Assembly: GCA_963835715.1 (NCBI GenBank)
Contig: CAWIGN010000003.1
Span: 258,219 to 322,218 of the forward strand
Source: an uncultured Alphaproteobacteria bacterium
Lineage (GTDB): Bacteria; Pseudomonadota; Alphaproteobacteria; Micropepsales; Micropepsaceae
Length of the DNA stretch: 64,000 nucleotides
Reading direction: 5' to 3'
Shown here: positions 42,953-54,136 of the stretch, in pieces
How positions within the stretch are numbered: position 1 is the first letter of the stretch
Layout of the letters: every line of letters starts with the position of its first letter
Position numbers and translations under genes: made by a program
Notes under the pieces: generated by a model
What the model saw: only the letters and a program-made list of their open reading frames with translations
What the model was told of the DNA's origin: nothing
The model's database searches: none

Positions 42953-43777
42953 TCATCCCTGGATAAAGGCCAGCAGGTCGGCGTTGATCGTGTCCGCCTG
43001 GGTGGTGATCATGCCGTGCGGGAAATCCTTATAGGTCTTGAGCGTGCCATTCTTCAGCAGCTTGGCGGCCAGCGGCCCGGCGGCGACATAAGGCACGATC
43101 TGATCGTCCTCGCTATGCATCACCAGGACCGGCACCGCGATCTTCTTGAGGTCCTCGGTGAAGTCGGTCTGGGAGAAGGCAACAATGCCGTCATAATGCG
43201 CCTTGGCGCCGCCCATCATGCCCTGGCGCCACCAGTTCGCGATGGCGGCTTCCGAGGATTTCACGCCCGGCCGGTTGAAGCCGTAGAATGGCCCTTCGGG
43301 TATGTCGCGATAGAATTTTGAGCGATTGGCGGCCAGTTGCGCCTGCAGATCGTCGAACACCGCCTTGGGCAGGCCGTTCGGATTGGCCGCCGTCTTGACC
43401 ATGAGCGGCGGCACGGCGCTGATCACCGCCGCCTTGGCGACGCGGCTATCGCCGTGACGGCCGATATAGGCCACGACCTCGCCGCCGCCGGTGGAATGGC
43501 CGACATGCACGGCATCTTTCAGGTCGAGATGGGCGGTCAGAGCCGCCAGGTCGGCGGCATAGTGGTCCATGTCATGGCCGGTGCCGGTCTGGGTGGAGCG
43601 GCCATGCCCGCGGCGGTCATGGGCGATGACGCGGTATCCCTTGTTCAGGAAGAACAGCATCTGGGCGTCCCAGTCGTCGGCCGACAGCGGCCAGCCATGC
43701 GAAAACACGATCGGCTGGCCCGAACCCCAGTCCTTGTAGAAGATTTCCGTACCGTCTTTGGTAGTGATGGTGGGCAT
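42953..43777 (-). CDS. Non-heme chloroperoxidase-type alpha/beta hydrolase
   Basis: [31 protein letters not shown]. Confidence 0.93.
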   Translation of the reverse strand: MPTITTKDGTEIFYKDWGSGQPIVFSHGWPLSADDWDAQMLFFLNKGYRVIAHDRRGHGRSTQTGTGHDMDHYAADLAALTAHLDLKDAVHVGHSTGGGEVVAYIGRHGDSRVAKAAVISAVPPLMVKTAANPNGLPKAVFDDLQAQLAANRSKFYRDIPEGPFYGFNRPGVKSSEAAIANWWRQGMMGGAKAHYDGIVAFSQTDFTEDLKKIAVPVLVMHSEDDQIVPYVAAGPLAAKLLKNGTLKTYKDFPHGMITTQADTINADLLAFIQG

Positions 43778-43919
43778 GGCCGAACCTCCTTGGAAAGCAT
43801 GAGGGGGAAAGAATGGAGCCGGTATGTGACCGTTTTTGCGGCCATGCGGTCAATACGGGCTTTGACCTTTTCGCCCGAAACCCGCCATCATGGCGGCAAG
43901 AAAATGCCGGGGGAGAAAC

Positions 43920-44870
43920 ATGCGCAAATCCATGGGGATGGTCATTGCCGCTTTTTTGATCGCGGCGGGCGCGGCGCAGGCACAACCCCGCGAGAAGATC
44001 ATCATCGACACCGACATTGGTGACGACATTGACGACGCCTTCGCCCTGGGCCTGGCGCTGTCCAGCCCCGAATTCGACCTGGTCGGCGTCTCGGCAAGCT
44101 TCGGCGACACCCCGACGCGCGTGAAAATGCTGGACCGCATGCTGGGCGAGCTGGGCCGCGGCGACATTCCCGTCGCCATGGGGGTACCCGCCAATGTCAA
44201 CCGCAATGCCTTCACCCAGCGCCGCTATGCCCAAGGCGGGGGCTTCGCGCGCGCCTCCCATCCCAATTCGGTGGATTTCGTGCTGGAGCAGGCGCGCAAA
44301 TATCCCGGCGCAATCACGCTGGTGGCGGTCGGCCCGCTGCCCAATGTGGGCGCGATGATCGACCGCGATCCCGCCGCCTTTCGCCGGCTCAAGCGGGTGG
44401 TGATCATGGGCGGCAACATCCGGCCCCTGCTGGACCCCTATGGCGTGGCCGCCCCCATCGCGCCCCACCCCGAATGGAACATCAAGAACGACATCGCCTC
44501 GGCCCAGAAACTGTTCGCGGCCGGCGTACCGCTGCTGGTGATGCCGCTGGATTCCACCGCCAACCTCAAGCTGCATGACGTGGCGCGCACCGCCCTGTTC
44601 GCGCACGGCAGCATGTTGACCAATATTCTGGCCGGGCTCTATTACGAATGGCGGGCCGCGACGCGTTCGCCCACGCCCATTCTCTACGATCCCATGACCC
44701 TGGCCGCCCTGCTGGACCCCGCATTGTGCCCCCTGACGCCCATGCACATCACGGTGGATGATACCGGCAACACGCGCGAGACGCCGGGCGCGCCCAATGC
44801 CCAGGTCTGCCTGCATTCCGATGCCGACGCCTTCCTCCAGTTCTATGTGAAAAAGGTCACCGCGCACTGA
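43920..44870 (+). CDS. Nucleoside hydrolase family protein with signal peptide
   Basis: DTDIGDDIDD, GPLPN, EWNI, YDP. Confidence 0.9.
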   Translation: MRKSMGMVIAAFLIAAGAAQAQPREKIIIDTDIGDDIDDAFALGLALSSPEFDLVGVSASFGDTPTRVKMLDRMLGELGRGDIPVAMGVPANVNRNAFTQRRYAQGGGFARASHPNSVDFVLEQARKYPGAITLVAVGPLPNVGAMIDRDPAAFRRLKRVVIMGGNIRPLLDPYGVAAPIAPHPEWNIKNDIASAQKLFAAGVPLLVMPLDSTANLKLHDVARTALFAHGSMLTNILAGLYYEWRAATRSPTPILYDPMTLAALLDPALCPLTPMHITVDDTGNTRETPGAPNAQVCLHSDADAFLQFYVKKVTAH

Positions 44871-46795
44871 TGGACCTGCAGCAGCTTTACAGCCAGGCCC
44901 AACTGGCGCGGCAGAACGGCAACCTGATGGAGGCGGCGCGCCTCTATGACCAGATTCTGGCGGCTTCGCCGGTGCCCGAAGTGATGGTGAATTACGCCAA
45001 CCTGCTGGTCCAGCTGGGCCGCCACGCCGAGGCGCTGGCCCGCTACGACCAGGCCCTGGCATCGCGCGCGAATTTCTTCGAGGCGTTGTTCAACCGCGGC
45101 AACCTGCTGCTGGAAATGGGCCGCGCCCGGCAGGCCCTGGCCGATTTCGATCGCGTCACCGCGATCCGGCCCGAGGTGCCGGCAGTGTGGAACAATCGCG
45201 GCACCGCCCTGCAGCGTCTGCACCGGCATGACGAGGCCCTGACCAGCTATGAGCGGGCGCTGGCGCTGGCGCCGGGCCACGTCAACGCCCTGACCAACCG
45301 CGCCATCGCCCTGTTCGACCTGCGGCGCCTGGACCGGGCCCTGGCGGCGGCCGACGCCGCCCTGGCGGCGCAGGGCGACTTCGCCGAGGCGCTCTACACC
45401 AAGGCCAATATCCTGCGCGATCTCGGCCGCCTGGTGGAGGCGCGGGCCTGTTACGCGCGCGTGCTGGACCTCGCCCCCGGCCACGCCCTGGCCTTGAACG
45501 GCCTGGCACAGGTGACGGCGGCCTTGTGCGACTGGACGGAAATGGCGTCCCTGGCGCCGCGGCTGCTGCGCGAGGTGGCGGCGGGCCGGTCGCTGATCCA
45601 GCCCTTTGTCCTGATGGGGTACAGCGAGGATGCGGCCGCGCTGCGGCGCTGCGCCGAAACCTATATTCACCGCGTGGCGCCCCGCCAGCCGCCGCTTTGG
45701 GACGGCAAGCCCTACCGGCACGACCGCATCCGCCTCGCCTATCTCTCCGCCGACTTCCACCAGCATCCCACCGCCCAGTTGATGGCGGAACTGTTCGAAC
45801 GGCATGACCGCACCCACTTCGAAGTCAGCGCCTTTGCCTTCGGGCCCGACGACAACAGCGCCATGCGCCGCCGCCTGGTCGCGGCTTTCGACCGTTTCGA
45901 CGACGTGCGCGCCATGAGCGATTTGGACGTCGCCGGGCTGCTGCGCGAGCGCGAGATCGACATCGCGGTGGACCTGAACGGTCATACCCATGCGGCACGG
46001 CCGGGCATCTTTGCCCACCACGCGGCGCCGGTGCAGGTGAATTACCTGGTCTATCCCGGCACCACCGGCGCGGCCTTCATGGACTATGTTCTGGCCGACC
46101 GCATCGTGTTGCCGCTGGACCAGCAGCCTAACTTCAGCGAGACAATTCTTCACCTGCCCGACTGCTATCAGGCCAATGACGCCACCCGCATCGTGCCGCC
46201 GGCGCCGCCGCGCGCCGAGGCCGGATTGCCCGACGGCGCCTTCGTATTCTGCTGCTTCAACAACAGCTGGAAGATCACCGCCCCGGTGTTCGATATCTGG
46301 ATGCGTCTGCTGCTGCAGGTTCCCGGCAGCGTGCTGTGGCTGCTGGATTCGCCGGCCGCCGCCAATCTGCGCGCCCATGCCGCGGCGCGCGGCGTCGATC
46401 CCGCGCGCCTGGTATTCGCGCCCAGGCTGCCGCCCGATTCGCATCTGGCGCGGCATCAGCTGGCGGACCTGTTTGTCGATACCCTGCCCTACAATGCCCA
46501 TACCACCTGCAGCGACGCGCTGTGGGCGGGGCTGCCGGTCGTCACCTGTTACGGCAAGGCCTTTCACGGCCGGGTCGCCGCCAGCCTGCTCAAGGCCATC
46601 GGCATGCCCGAACTGGTCACAGTGCGGGCGCAGGATTACGAGGCCCTGGCGCTGGAGCTGGCGAAAAACGCGGCCCTGCTCCAGGCCACGCGCGAAAAGC
46701 TGGCGCGCAATCGCACCACCACCGCGCTGTATGACAGCGCGCGTTTCCGCGCGGGGATCGAAGCGGCCTATGCGGCGATGCTGGCCAAGGCCTGA
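44870..46795 (+). CDS. TPR-containing GT41 (OGT/SPINDLY-like) glycosyltransferase
   Basis: Multiple TPRs; YLSADFHQHP, VDLNGHT, APVQV, FNNSWKI, YNAHTT. Confidence 0.92.
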   Translation: MDLQQLYSQAQLARQNGNLMEAARLYDQILAASPVPEVMVNYANLLVQLGRHAEALARYDQALASRANFFEALFNRGNLLLEMGRARQALADFDRVTAIRPEVPAVWNNRGTALQRLHRHDEALTSYERALALAPGHVNALTNRAIALFDLRRLDRALAAADAALAAQGDFAEALYTKANILRDLGRLVEARACYARVLDLAPGHALALNGLAQVTAALCDWTEMASLAPRLLREVAAGRSLIQPFVLMGYSEDAAALRRCAETYIHRVAPRQPPLWDGKPYRHDRIRLAYLSADFHQHPTAQLMAELFERHDRTHFEVSAFAFGPDDNSAMRRRLVAAFDRFDDVRAMSDLDVAGLLREREIDIAVDLNGHTHAARPGIFAHHAAPVQVNYLVYPGTTGAAFMDYVLADRIVLPLDQQPNFSETILHLPDCYQANDATRIVPPAPPRAEAGLPDGAFVFCCFNNSWKITAPVFDIWMRLLLQVPGSVLWLLDSPAAANLRAHAAARGVDPARLVFAPRLPPDSHLARHQLADLFVDTLPYNAHTTCSDALWAGLPVVTCYGKAFHGRVAASLLKAIGMPELVTVRAQDYEALALELAKNAALLQATREKLARNRTTTALYDSARFRAGIEAAYAAMLAKA

Positions 46796-46805
46796 TCCTT
46801 CCGGC

Positions 46806-47738
46806 TCAAAGCGCCTTGGGGCGCTTAGCGGGATCGAAGCCGTAAAACTTTTCCGGATTCTCCACCAGGATGCGATGGCGCAACGGCGCGTCGGGCGCCC
46901 AATGCGCCAGAAGGTTCAGCAAGGTCACATCGTCGGGCATCGCCACCGGGTTGAGCTTCTTGGTGGCGTCGGGATGCGGCCAGTCACTGCCCCAGACACA
47001 GCGTTCCGGCGCCGCCTTGATATAGCCCATCGCGGCCTGGCTGGCGCCGGCATAATCGGGCGCGCTGCCGCCGCCATACAGATAGGCGCCCGAGACCTTG
47101 ACCCAGCCGCGTCCGCTGTCCAGCAGCTTGCGCACCGTATTGTATTGCGGCTGGCCCACCGCCGTGGCCCGGCCCAGATGATCGATGATTACCGGCACCG
47201 GCAGGCGCAGCAACAGCAACTCCATCTGCACCAGCTGATCGGGCGGCATGTTGCACTGGATGTGCCAGCCCAGGTTGGCGATGCGCCGGGCCAACGGCAT
47301 CACCTCATCGGCGCCCACCGGATTGCCCAGGCCGAACTGCACCCGTATGCCGCGCACGCCCGCACCATGCAGGCTCTTGAGCTCCGCGTCGCTGACGGCG
47401 CTGTTGACCACGCAGACGGCGCGGCAATTCTCGCCCATCCGCGCCAGCACGTCGCGCAGGCAGCGATTGTCGGTGCCATAGGTGGAGGGCTGCACCATGA
47501 CATTGCGGCTGGTGCCCAGCTTTTTCTGCAACGCGCGATAGTCCGCCACGGTGGCGAAGGGCGGTTTCAGCACAGCATCAGCATTGTAGGCAAAATGCGG
47601 ATCGTAAATGTGATGGTGGCAATCGGCGGCGCCGTCGGGCACCGCGAAGGACACTTTGGAGTCCCTGGCCAGGGCCGGCGTGGCGGCCAGCGCCAGGGCG
47701 GCGCCGATCACGCCGCGGCGGTCGAGATTTCCCATCAT
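46806..47738 (-). CDS. Tat-exported amidohydrolase_2 (lactonase-like) protein
   Basis: DRRGVI signal, DCHHH, VQPSTYGTDN, DHLG, WGSDWPH. Confidence 0.9.
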   Translation of the reverse strand: MMGNLDRRGVIGAALALAATPALARDSKVSFAVPDGAADCHHHIYDPHFAYNADAVLKPPFATVADYRALQKKLGTSRNVMVQPSTYGTDNRCLRDVLARMGENCRAVCVVNSAVSDAELKSLHGAGVRGIRVQFGLGNPVGADEVMPLARRIANLGWHIQCNMPPDQLVQMELLLLRLPVPVIIDHLGRATAVGQPQYNTVRKLLDSGRGWVKVSGAYLYGGGSAPDYAGASQAAMGYIKAAPERCVWGSDWPHPDATKKLNPVAMPDDVTLLNLLAHWAPDAPLRHRILVENPEKFYGFDPAKRPKAL

Positions 47739-48947
47739 CTATTTCTTCCCCGTATAGGTAACTTTCCATAGCGTCTGGCCGACATCGTCCGCCACCAGCA
47801 GGCTGCCGTCCCTGGCGATGGCCAGCCCGACCGGGCGTCCCCACGCCTTGGGCGGGTTCTTTGATACGCCGTCCCAAAAGCCGGTGAGGAAATTCTCATA
47901 ACCGCCGACGGCGCGGCCGTTCTTCATCCGGATGCGGACCACCTTGTAGCCATGCGGTTCGGCGGTGTTCCAGGAGCCGTGCAGCGATACAAAAGCGTCG
48001 CCCTTGTATTCGGCGGGGAAATTGTCGCCGGTATAGAATACCAGCCCGGTGGGCGCGCTGTGCGCCGGAAACAGCACATCGGGCGTCAGCGCCTTGGCCA
48101 CCATGTCGGGACGTTTGGCGCCCAGATCCGGATCGGGCCGCTGGCCGGTATAGCTCCAGGGATAGCCGTAGAAGGCGCCCGGCTTCACATAGGTGAAGTA
48201 ATCCGGCGGAAGGTTGTCGCCCAGGCCATCGCGTTCATTGACCGCGACGAACAGATCGCTGGTGCCCGGGTAAAAGGCGATGCCCACCGGATTGCGCAGG
48301 CCCGAGGCATATTCCACCAGCTTGCCGCTCTTGATCCGGAAAATCTTGGCGCCAGGCTGGTATTCGGAAACATTGTCGTGGCTGCCCATCTCCACGAACA
48401 TGCTGCCATCGGGCGCGACGGCGAAATTGCGGGTACCGTGCATGCCCGAATTGCGCAGATCCGCATCCTTGGTCACGCGTTCCAGCTTGCCGGCGCGGGT
48501 CGCACCGGCGACATAGGGCGTGCGCCAGACCGCGATCTGGTCGCTGATATAGACGTAACCGTCATGCACCGCGACGCCGGAAGGATTGTGCAGTCCTTCG
48601 GCGAAAGTGAAGCGCTGGTCCGCCGCTCCGCTGCCCTTGGTATCGCGCAGCAGGGTGACCTTGTTGACCAGGCGCTCGGACAGGAACACGTCGCCATTGG
48701 GCGCCACCGCCGGGAAGCGGGCGAAGCTCAGGCCGGTGGCATAGATGGAAACCGCGAAGCCCTTCGGGGCCTGCGGCATCACCCCGGCGGGGCGCGGGAT
48801 CACATCGTTCTTGTTGGCGACCGCCGGCGTGACATAGGGCTTGGGCAGGTCGGACGGCTTGAGAAGGAATTTCTGTCCCGGCTGGTCGGCGGCGGCGGCG
48901 GCCGTGGACAGCAGGGCCAATAGCAAAACTGTCATACTGCGTTTCAT
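47739..48947 (-). CDS. Sorbosone dehydrogenase family (PQQ-type beta-propeller)
   Basis: [32 protein letters not shown]. Confidence 0.9.
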   Translation of the reverse strand: MKRSMTVLLLALLSTAAAAADQPGQKFLLKPSDLPKPYVTPAVANKNDVIPRPAGVMPQAPKGFAVSIYATGLSFARFPAVAPNGDVFLSERLVNKVTLLRDTKGSGAADQRFTFAEGLHNPSGVAVHDGYVYISDQIAVWRTPYVAGATRAGKLERVTKDADLRNSGMHGTRNFAVAPDGSMFVEMGSHDNVSEYQPGAKIFRIKSGKLVEYASGLRNPVGIAFYPGTSDLFVAVNERDGLGDNLPPDYFTYVKPGAFYGYPWSYTGQRPDPDLGAKRPDMVAKALTPDVLFPAHSAPTGLVFYTGDNFPAEYKGDAFVSLHGSWNTAEPHGYKVVRIRMKNGRAVGGYENFLTGFWDGVSKNPPKAWGRPVGLAIARDGSLLVADDVGQTLWKVTYTGKK

Positions 48948-49057
48948 GCGCTTCCCCCGAAGGCCCTGGGCCCATTTGTTCTTATGAAAAGGATGATGGC
49001 GGGGTGCGGCCCCAAAAACAATGGTGCGCCGCCGCGGTACGGGCTAAAAGCGCGGCC

Positions 49058-49924
49058 ATGACCGACCTCGACGCCCGCAAGACACAAGCCCGCGCCTGGT
49101 TCGAAGCCCTGCGCGACCGCATCATGGCAGCGTTCGAGGCGCTGGAAGACGAGGCCCCGGCCGCGCTCTATCCCGGCGCGCCCGGGCGGTTTGAAAAAAC
49201 ACCCTGGAGCCGCGGCGAGGATGAAGGCGGCGGCGTGATGGGCATGATGCGCGGGCGGCTGTTCGAAAAGGTCGGCGTGCATACCTCGACCGTATTCGGC
49301 GCCTTCTCGCCGGAATTCGCCAAGCAGGTGAAAGGCGCAGGCACCGATCCGCGTTTCTGGGCCAGCGGCATCAGCCTGATCGCCCATATGAAGAATCCGC
49401 GCGTGCCCGCCGTGCACATGAACACCCGCATGATCGTCACCACCGAAAGCTGGTTCGGCGGCGGCGCCGACCTCAACCCGACACTGGACGCGGCCCGCAC
49501 CGTGCGCCACCCCGACACGGTGGATTTTCATGCCCACCTGAAAAAAGCCTGCGATCCCTTCGACAAGGCCTATTTCCCCAAATACAAGAAATGGGCCGAC
49601 ACCTATTTCTGGCTGCCGCATCGCGGCGAGCCGCGCGGGGTGGGCGGCATCTTCTTCGATCACCATGACAGCGGCGACTGGAACAGGGATTTCGCCTTCA
49701 CAAGAGGCGTCGGCGAGGCTTTTCTGGACATCCAGCCCATCATCATCCGCCGCCGCATGCCCGAATCCTGGACCGTGGAGGAGCGCCACGAACAGGCCAA
49801 GTGGCGCGGCCGCTATGTCGAATTCAACCTGCTCTACGACCGCGGCACCCATTTCGGGCTGCGCACCGGCGGCAATGTGGAAAGCATTCTGTCCTCCATG
49901 CCGCCGGTCGCCGAATGGACATGA
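49058..49924 (+). CDS. hemF: Oxygen-dependent coproporphyrinogen III oxidase
   Basis: [34 protein letters not shown]. Confidence 0.96.
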   Translation: MTDLDARKTQARAWFEALRDRIMAAFEALEDEAPAALYPGAPGRFEKTPWSRGEDEGGGVMGMMRGRLFEKVGVHTSTVFGAFSPEFAKQVKGAGTDPRFWASGISLIAHMKNPRVPAVHMNTRMIVTTESWFGGGADLNPTLDAARTVRHPDTVDFHAHLKKACDPFDKAYFPKYKKWADTYFWLPHRGEPRGVGGIFFDHHDSGDWNRDFAFTRGVGEAFLDIQPIIIRRRMPESWTVEERHEQAKWRGRYVEFNLLYDRGTHFGLRTGGNVESILSSMPPVAEWT

Positions 49925-50862
49925 TGAAGCTGGGATCGCGCGGCTCGCCCCTGGCGCTGGCCCAGTCCCGCCTGGTGGCGGCGATGCTGGCGAAGAATGC
50001 GGGCATGGACCCGTCCGCCTTCCCGATCCAGAGCTTCATGACCAGCGGCGATCGCGTCCAGGGCCGGCTGCAGGAGGCCGGCGGCAAGGGCCTGTTCACC
50101 AAGGAGCTGGACGAAGCGCTGCTGGACGGACGCATCGATGCCGCCATCCATTCCATGAAGGACCTGCCGACCCGGATGCCGGACGGCATCGTGCTGGCCT
50201 GCGTGCCCTCGCGCGAGGACCCGCGCGACGGCTTCATTGCCATGCGGGCCAGGACACTGATGGACCTGCCGGCGGGCGCCACCGTCGGCACCGCCAGCCT
50301 GCGCCGCCAGGCCCAGACCCTGCATCTGCGCCCGGACCTGAAAGTGGAACTTTTGCGCGGGCGGGTGGAAACGCGGCTGGCGAAAATTGAGGGCGGCGCC
50401 TTCGACGCCACCTATCTGGCGCTGGCGGGCCTCAAACGCCTTGGACTGGAAAAACACGCCGCTTCCATTGTCGACAGCGATGCCATGCCGCCGGCGCCCG
50501 GCCAGGGGGCGCTGGCGATCACCGCCCGCGCCGGCGACCAAAGGACCCTGGCGGTGCTGGCGCCGCTCAACATCGCCGAACACGCCGTCGCCACCACTGC
50601 CGAGCGCGCCTTCCTGCAGGCGCTGGACGGCTCCTGCCGCACCCCCATCGCGGCCCTGGCAAAAATCGCGGACGGCCAACTGGCCTTCCTGGGCGAGGTG
50701 CTCACGCCGGACGGCCAACATTGCTGGCGGCGGCGCGAGACGGCGGCGCTGGGCGGCGATCCCACCGAAACCGCCCGCGCCCTGGGCGCGCGGCTGGGAA
50801 CCGAAATCGTGGCCGAGGCCGGGGCACTCTACAAAGCCCATTTCGGCGACGGCGGCTGGTAG
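49921..50862 (+). CDS. hemC: Hydroxymethylbilane synthase
   Basis: [39 protein letters not shown]. Confidence 0.95.
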   Translation: MMKLGSRGSPLALAQSRLVAAMLAKNAGMDPSAFPIQSFMTSGDRVQGRLQEAGGKGLFTKELDEALLDGRIDAAIHSMKDLPTRMPDGIVLACVPSREDPRDGFIAMRARTLMDLPAGATVGTASLRRQAQTLHLRPDLKVELLRGRVETRLAKIEGGAFDATYLALAGLKRLGLEKHAASIVDSDAMPPAPGQGALAITARAGDQRTLAVLAPLNIAEHAVATTAERAFLQALDGSCRTPIAALAKIADGQLAFLGEVLTPDGQHCWRRRETAALGGDPTETARALGARLGTEIVAEAGALYKAHFGDGGW

Positions 50863-51046
50863 TGAGGCACGACCGGCACAGCCGGGCAAATCGGTCCGCC
50901 GCTGGCGCCAGCGTAGTGCGGCGACCGATTTGAGTGCCGAACGCACCGAGCTAAAGTGAGGCGCCTGCTGCTTTGCAGCACGTTTAACCCCTTTGCTTCG
51001 CCCCTAAATTGGACCAGCATCCGCCCAAATTCCTGGGGAGGAAAAC

Positions 51047-51938
51047 ATGCTCAACAAACGCGAATTCGTAACGGGCGCGATGGCCGCCACGCTGGCCGCA
51101 GGTGCGGCTCGGGCACAGCCGGCCGCGCCCGCCAACGGACTCAATCCGCCGCGCAAGATTCCGCACGGCATGATGAAAACTACCCGGATGTTCAAATACC
51201 CGCCGGGCTATGGCAATGGCCTGGCGGTGGCGCCGGAAGGCCTGTGGATCGCGCAACAGAAACTTTCGGGCGAACTCGGCGAAGCGTTATGGCGTGCCCC
51301 AGCCCGCCGACATCCGCGAAGCCGCCTGGCTGGTGGATTGGAACGGCAAGCTGCTCAAGACGGTGATGACCAACTCGCGCAATACCTCCGGCATGGCCTA
51401 TGGCGATGGCTGTGTGTGGATGATGGCGAACCAGGAGCCGGAAGGCTGCTTCCAGGTCGACATGAACGGAAAGCAGATCAGCCATCGCCAGATTCCCCTG
51501 GGCCTGCCGGGCCGGGACGGCGGCGGCAGTCACGGCGCGCAATGGCGCGACGGCAAATTGTGGATCGCGGCGCTGCGGCCCAAGCTGCTGCTGCGCGTCG
51601 ATCCCAAGACCTGGGCGCCGGAAGTGGCGATTTCGACCTACAACACGCCGGACAAGCCGCGCTCGCACGACCTGACTTTCGACGACGACGGCAATATCTG
51701 GCTCGTAAACGGCAATGACAGCACCAGCTACAAGGAGGGAAGACCGGGGTTGGTGAAGTATGATGGCAAGACCGGCCAGGTGATCGGCACCTATGATTTC
51801 GTGCCCGGCTCCGCCGATCCGCATGGGCTGGAATTCCACAATGGCACCTTGATCAGCTGCGACGCCGGCATCCATCCCGGCTGGCCCAATGGCGACAGCC
51901 CCCATGCGGGCTGGATTTTCAAGATCGAGCCGGCCTGA
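51047..51938 (+). CDS. Tat-like exported beta-propeller protein, apparent 1-nt insertion at ~51277
   Basis: NKREFV signal; frames 51047 and 51210 join into a paralogue of the next gene. Confidence 0.75.
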
Positions 51939-51952
51939 AAGGAACACAGCCG

Positions 51953-52897
51953 ATGAAGCGCAGGGATTTTCTCGCCGCCGCCGCCGCCTCGCCTGCCGTT
52001 GCGTTACCGGGCTCCCTTCAAAATGCCTGGGCGCAACCGGCCCATCCCGCCTGCCTGCCCGGTTACGCCGCCATCAAGTCGCGCCCCGCCAGCAAAATCG
52101 AGATTCTATACAAGACCAAGCACGGCCAGCCCAACGGCCTGGCGCAGGGCGAGCATCCGGACCAGATGTGGGTGGTGGACCAGGGCGCCGACCACTGGAT
52201 CACGCTGATCAACCTCAAGGACGGCTCGACGGTGCGCGAATTCCAGGCCGATGTGGTGGGGCCCAGCGGGCTGGTGCAGGACGGCAACACGATGTGGATC
52301 ACCTCGACGCACAACTCCCTCATCGTACACTGCGACCTGAACGGCAAAACCATCGCCAAGTATGTGACGCCGGGCGCGGGCCGCATCTATGAGCGCGAGG
52401 ACGATCCCAAGCCGCGCTCCAGCCCCCTCAAGCCCGCCTGGCCCGACAAGCCGCGCGGCATCGGTCCGGCACAGACCGGCAATGTCGGCAACAATACCGG
52501 CAAGGGCCTGCCGCCGGGGCAATTGCCGCTGACTGCCGAGGAAGGCTCGGGCGGTACCGGCGCCCATGCCATCCTGGTGGACGGCGATGACCTGATCTAT
52601 GCCTGCCCGCCGGCGCGCCAGATCTTCTGGGTCAACAAGAAGAGCTGGAAAGTGAAGACCAGCTGGCCGGTGCCGGGCAACCGCACCCACGGCATGAGCT
52701 GGGGCCGGGACCGCAAGACCATCTGGTCGTCGGACTCCAATCTCAACGCCTTCTTCCACCACGATGTGGCGACGGGAAATATCTTCGAGCGCGTTCAGCT
52801 GCCCGATGACTCGCCGGTGATCCATGGCGCCAAGCTGGTGGGCGACCATATGTATATCTGCGACGATATGGGCTGGCTGTGCCGGTTTAGGATCTAG
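51953..52897 (+). CDS. Tat-exported beta-propeller protein
   Basis: MKRRDFL; blades PNGLA, PSGLV, AHAIL, THGMSW, IHGAK. Confidence 0.8.
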   Translation: MKRRDFLAAAAASPAVALPGSLQNAWAQPAHPACLPGYAAIKSRPASKIEILYKTKHGQPNGLAQGEHPDQMWVVDQGADHWITLINLKDGSTVREFQADVVGPSGLVQDGNTMWITSTHNSLIVHCDLNGKTIAKYVTPGAGRIYEREDDPKPRSSPLKPAWPDKPRGIGPAQTGNVGNNTGKGLPPGQLPLTAEEGSGGTGAHAILVDGDDLIYACPPARQIFWVNKKSWKVKTSWPVPGNRTHGMSWGRDRKTIWSSDSNLNAFFHHDVATGNIFERVQLPDDSPVIHGAKLVGDHMYICDDMGWLCRFRI

Positions 52898-54069
52898 TCG
52901 ACGCGAAAGCCGGGCCGCACCGTCACATAGGACGAATCCACCTGCGAAATGCTGGCGCAGCCCAGCAGCTTGAGGGTGCGGATTATGTCGGCGCGGAAAA
53001 TCTCGATGGCGCGCTCGATGCCCGCGTCCCCCGCCGCCGCCATGCCGTAGGCATAACCGCGCCCCAGCAGCACCGCCTTGGCGCCCAATCCCATGGCCCG
53101 CACCACATCGGCGCCGCGGCGGATGCCGCCGTCGAACAGCACTTCGGTCTGGCCCCCGACGGCTTCGACGATGCCCGGCAGGACGCGCAGGGAACCCGCC
53201 ACGCCGTCGAGCTGACGCCCGGCATGGGTGGACACCACAATGCCCTGGGCGCCCGCATCCACCGAACGCCTGGCGTCGTCGGCGGTCACAACGCCCTTGA
53301 TCACGATCGGGCCGTTCCACGCCTCGCGAATCCATGTGAGATCGGTCCAGGAAACCTGCGCCGATTCCAGGGCGGCGGCGACATCCACCGCCTGCAGGGG
53401 CCCCGATCCCGGCACCACGATATTGGGAAACGGGCGCGTCATGCCGTCGGCCAGGAAGGCGGCCAGCCAGCGCGGATGCATCAGGATGTTGGGCACATAG
53501 GGCAGCTTCTTGAAGGGATTGCGGCCCATCAGCTCCTTCATGCCGTTGCGGAAGTCGCGCTCGCGGTTGCCCGCCACCGGCGTGTCGATGGTGACGAACA
53601 GCGCCGTATAGCCCGCCGCCTTGGCGCGGGCGATGGCGGCTTCCGCCGCGCCGCGCCCGCCCGCCAGATACAATTGATAGAAGGTCGGTCCGGTGGACTC
53701 CGCCTTGACGTCCTCGATGCGGTGTCCCGACATGGTGGACAGGATATAGGCGGTGCCGTTGCGCCCCGCGGCGCGCGATGCCGCCAGTTCGCCGCGCGGA
53801 TGCATCAGCCGCGAATAGCCGATCGGCGCCAGGATGAAGGGCAGCGCCAGCTTCTGGCCCAGCACCGTCACGCCCAGGTCGCAGGACGGCGTCGCCACCG
53901 CGAAACGCGGCTTGAAGATCACTTCCCTGAAGGCGCGCTCGCTGTCCTTGAGCGTTACCTCATCGTCCGCCGCGCCGTCGAGATAGTCGAACACCCCATC
54001 AGGCAGGCGGCGGCGCGCCAGACGGCGCAGATCCTTGATATTGACGACGCGCGGAGAGGCTAAGGACAT
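52894..54069 (-). CDS. FMN-dependent alpha-hydroxy-acid oxidase/dehydrogenase
   Basis: FDYLDGAA, TIDTP, NRERD, STHAGRQLD, DGGIRRG. Confidence 0.93.
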   Translation of the reverse strand: MSLASPRVVNIKDLRRLARRRLPDGVFDYLDGAADDEVTLKDSERAFREVIFKPRFAVATPSCDLGVTVLGQKLALPFILAPIGYSRLMHPRGELAASRAAGRNGTAYILSTMSGHRIEDVKAESTGPTFYQLYLAGGRGAAEAAIARAKAAGYTALFVTIDTPVAGNRERDFRNGMKELMGRNPFKKLPYVPNILMHPRWLAAFLADGMTRPFPNIVVPGSGPLQAVDVAAALESAQVSWTDLTWIREAWNGPIVIKGVVTADDARRSVDAGAQGIVVSTHAGRQLDGVAGSLRVLPGIVEAVGGQTEVLFDGGIRRGADVVRAMGLGAKAVLLGRGYAYGMAAAGDAGIERAIEIFRADIIRTLKLLGCASISQVDSSYVTVRPGFRVD

Positions 54070-54136
54070 GGCGGGGCCCGTTGAAAGCGGCTGCGTTTAT
54101 GCCCGCAAAAGTCCGTTTCCGAAAGACCGTCCCGCT

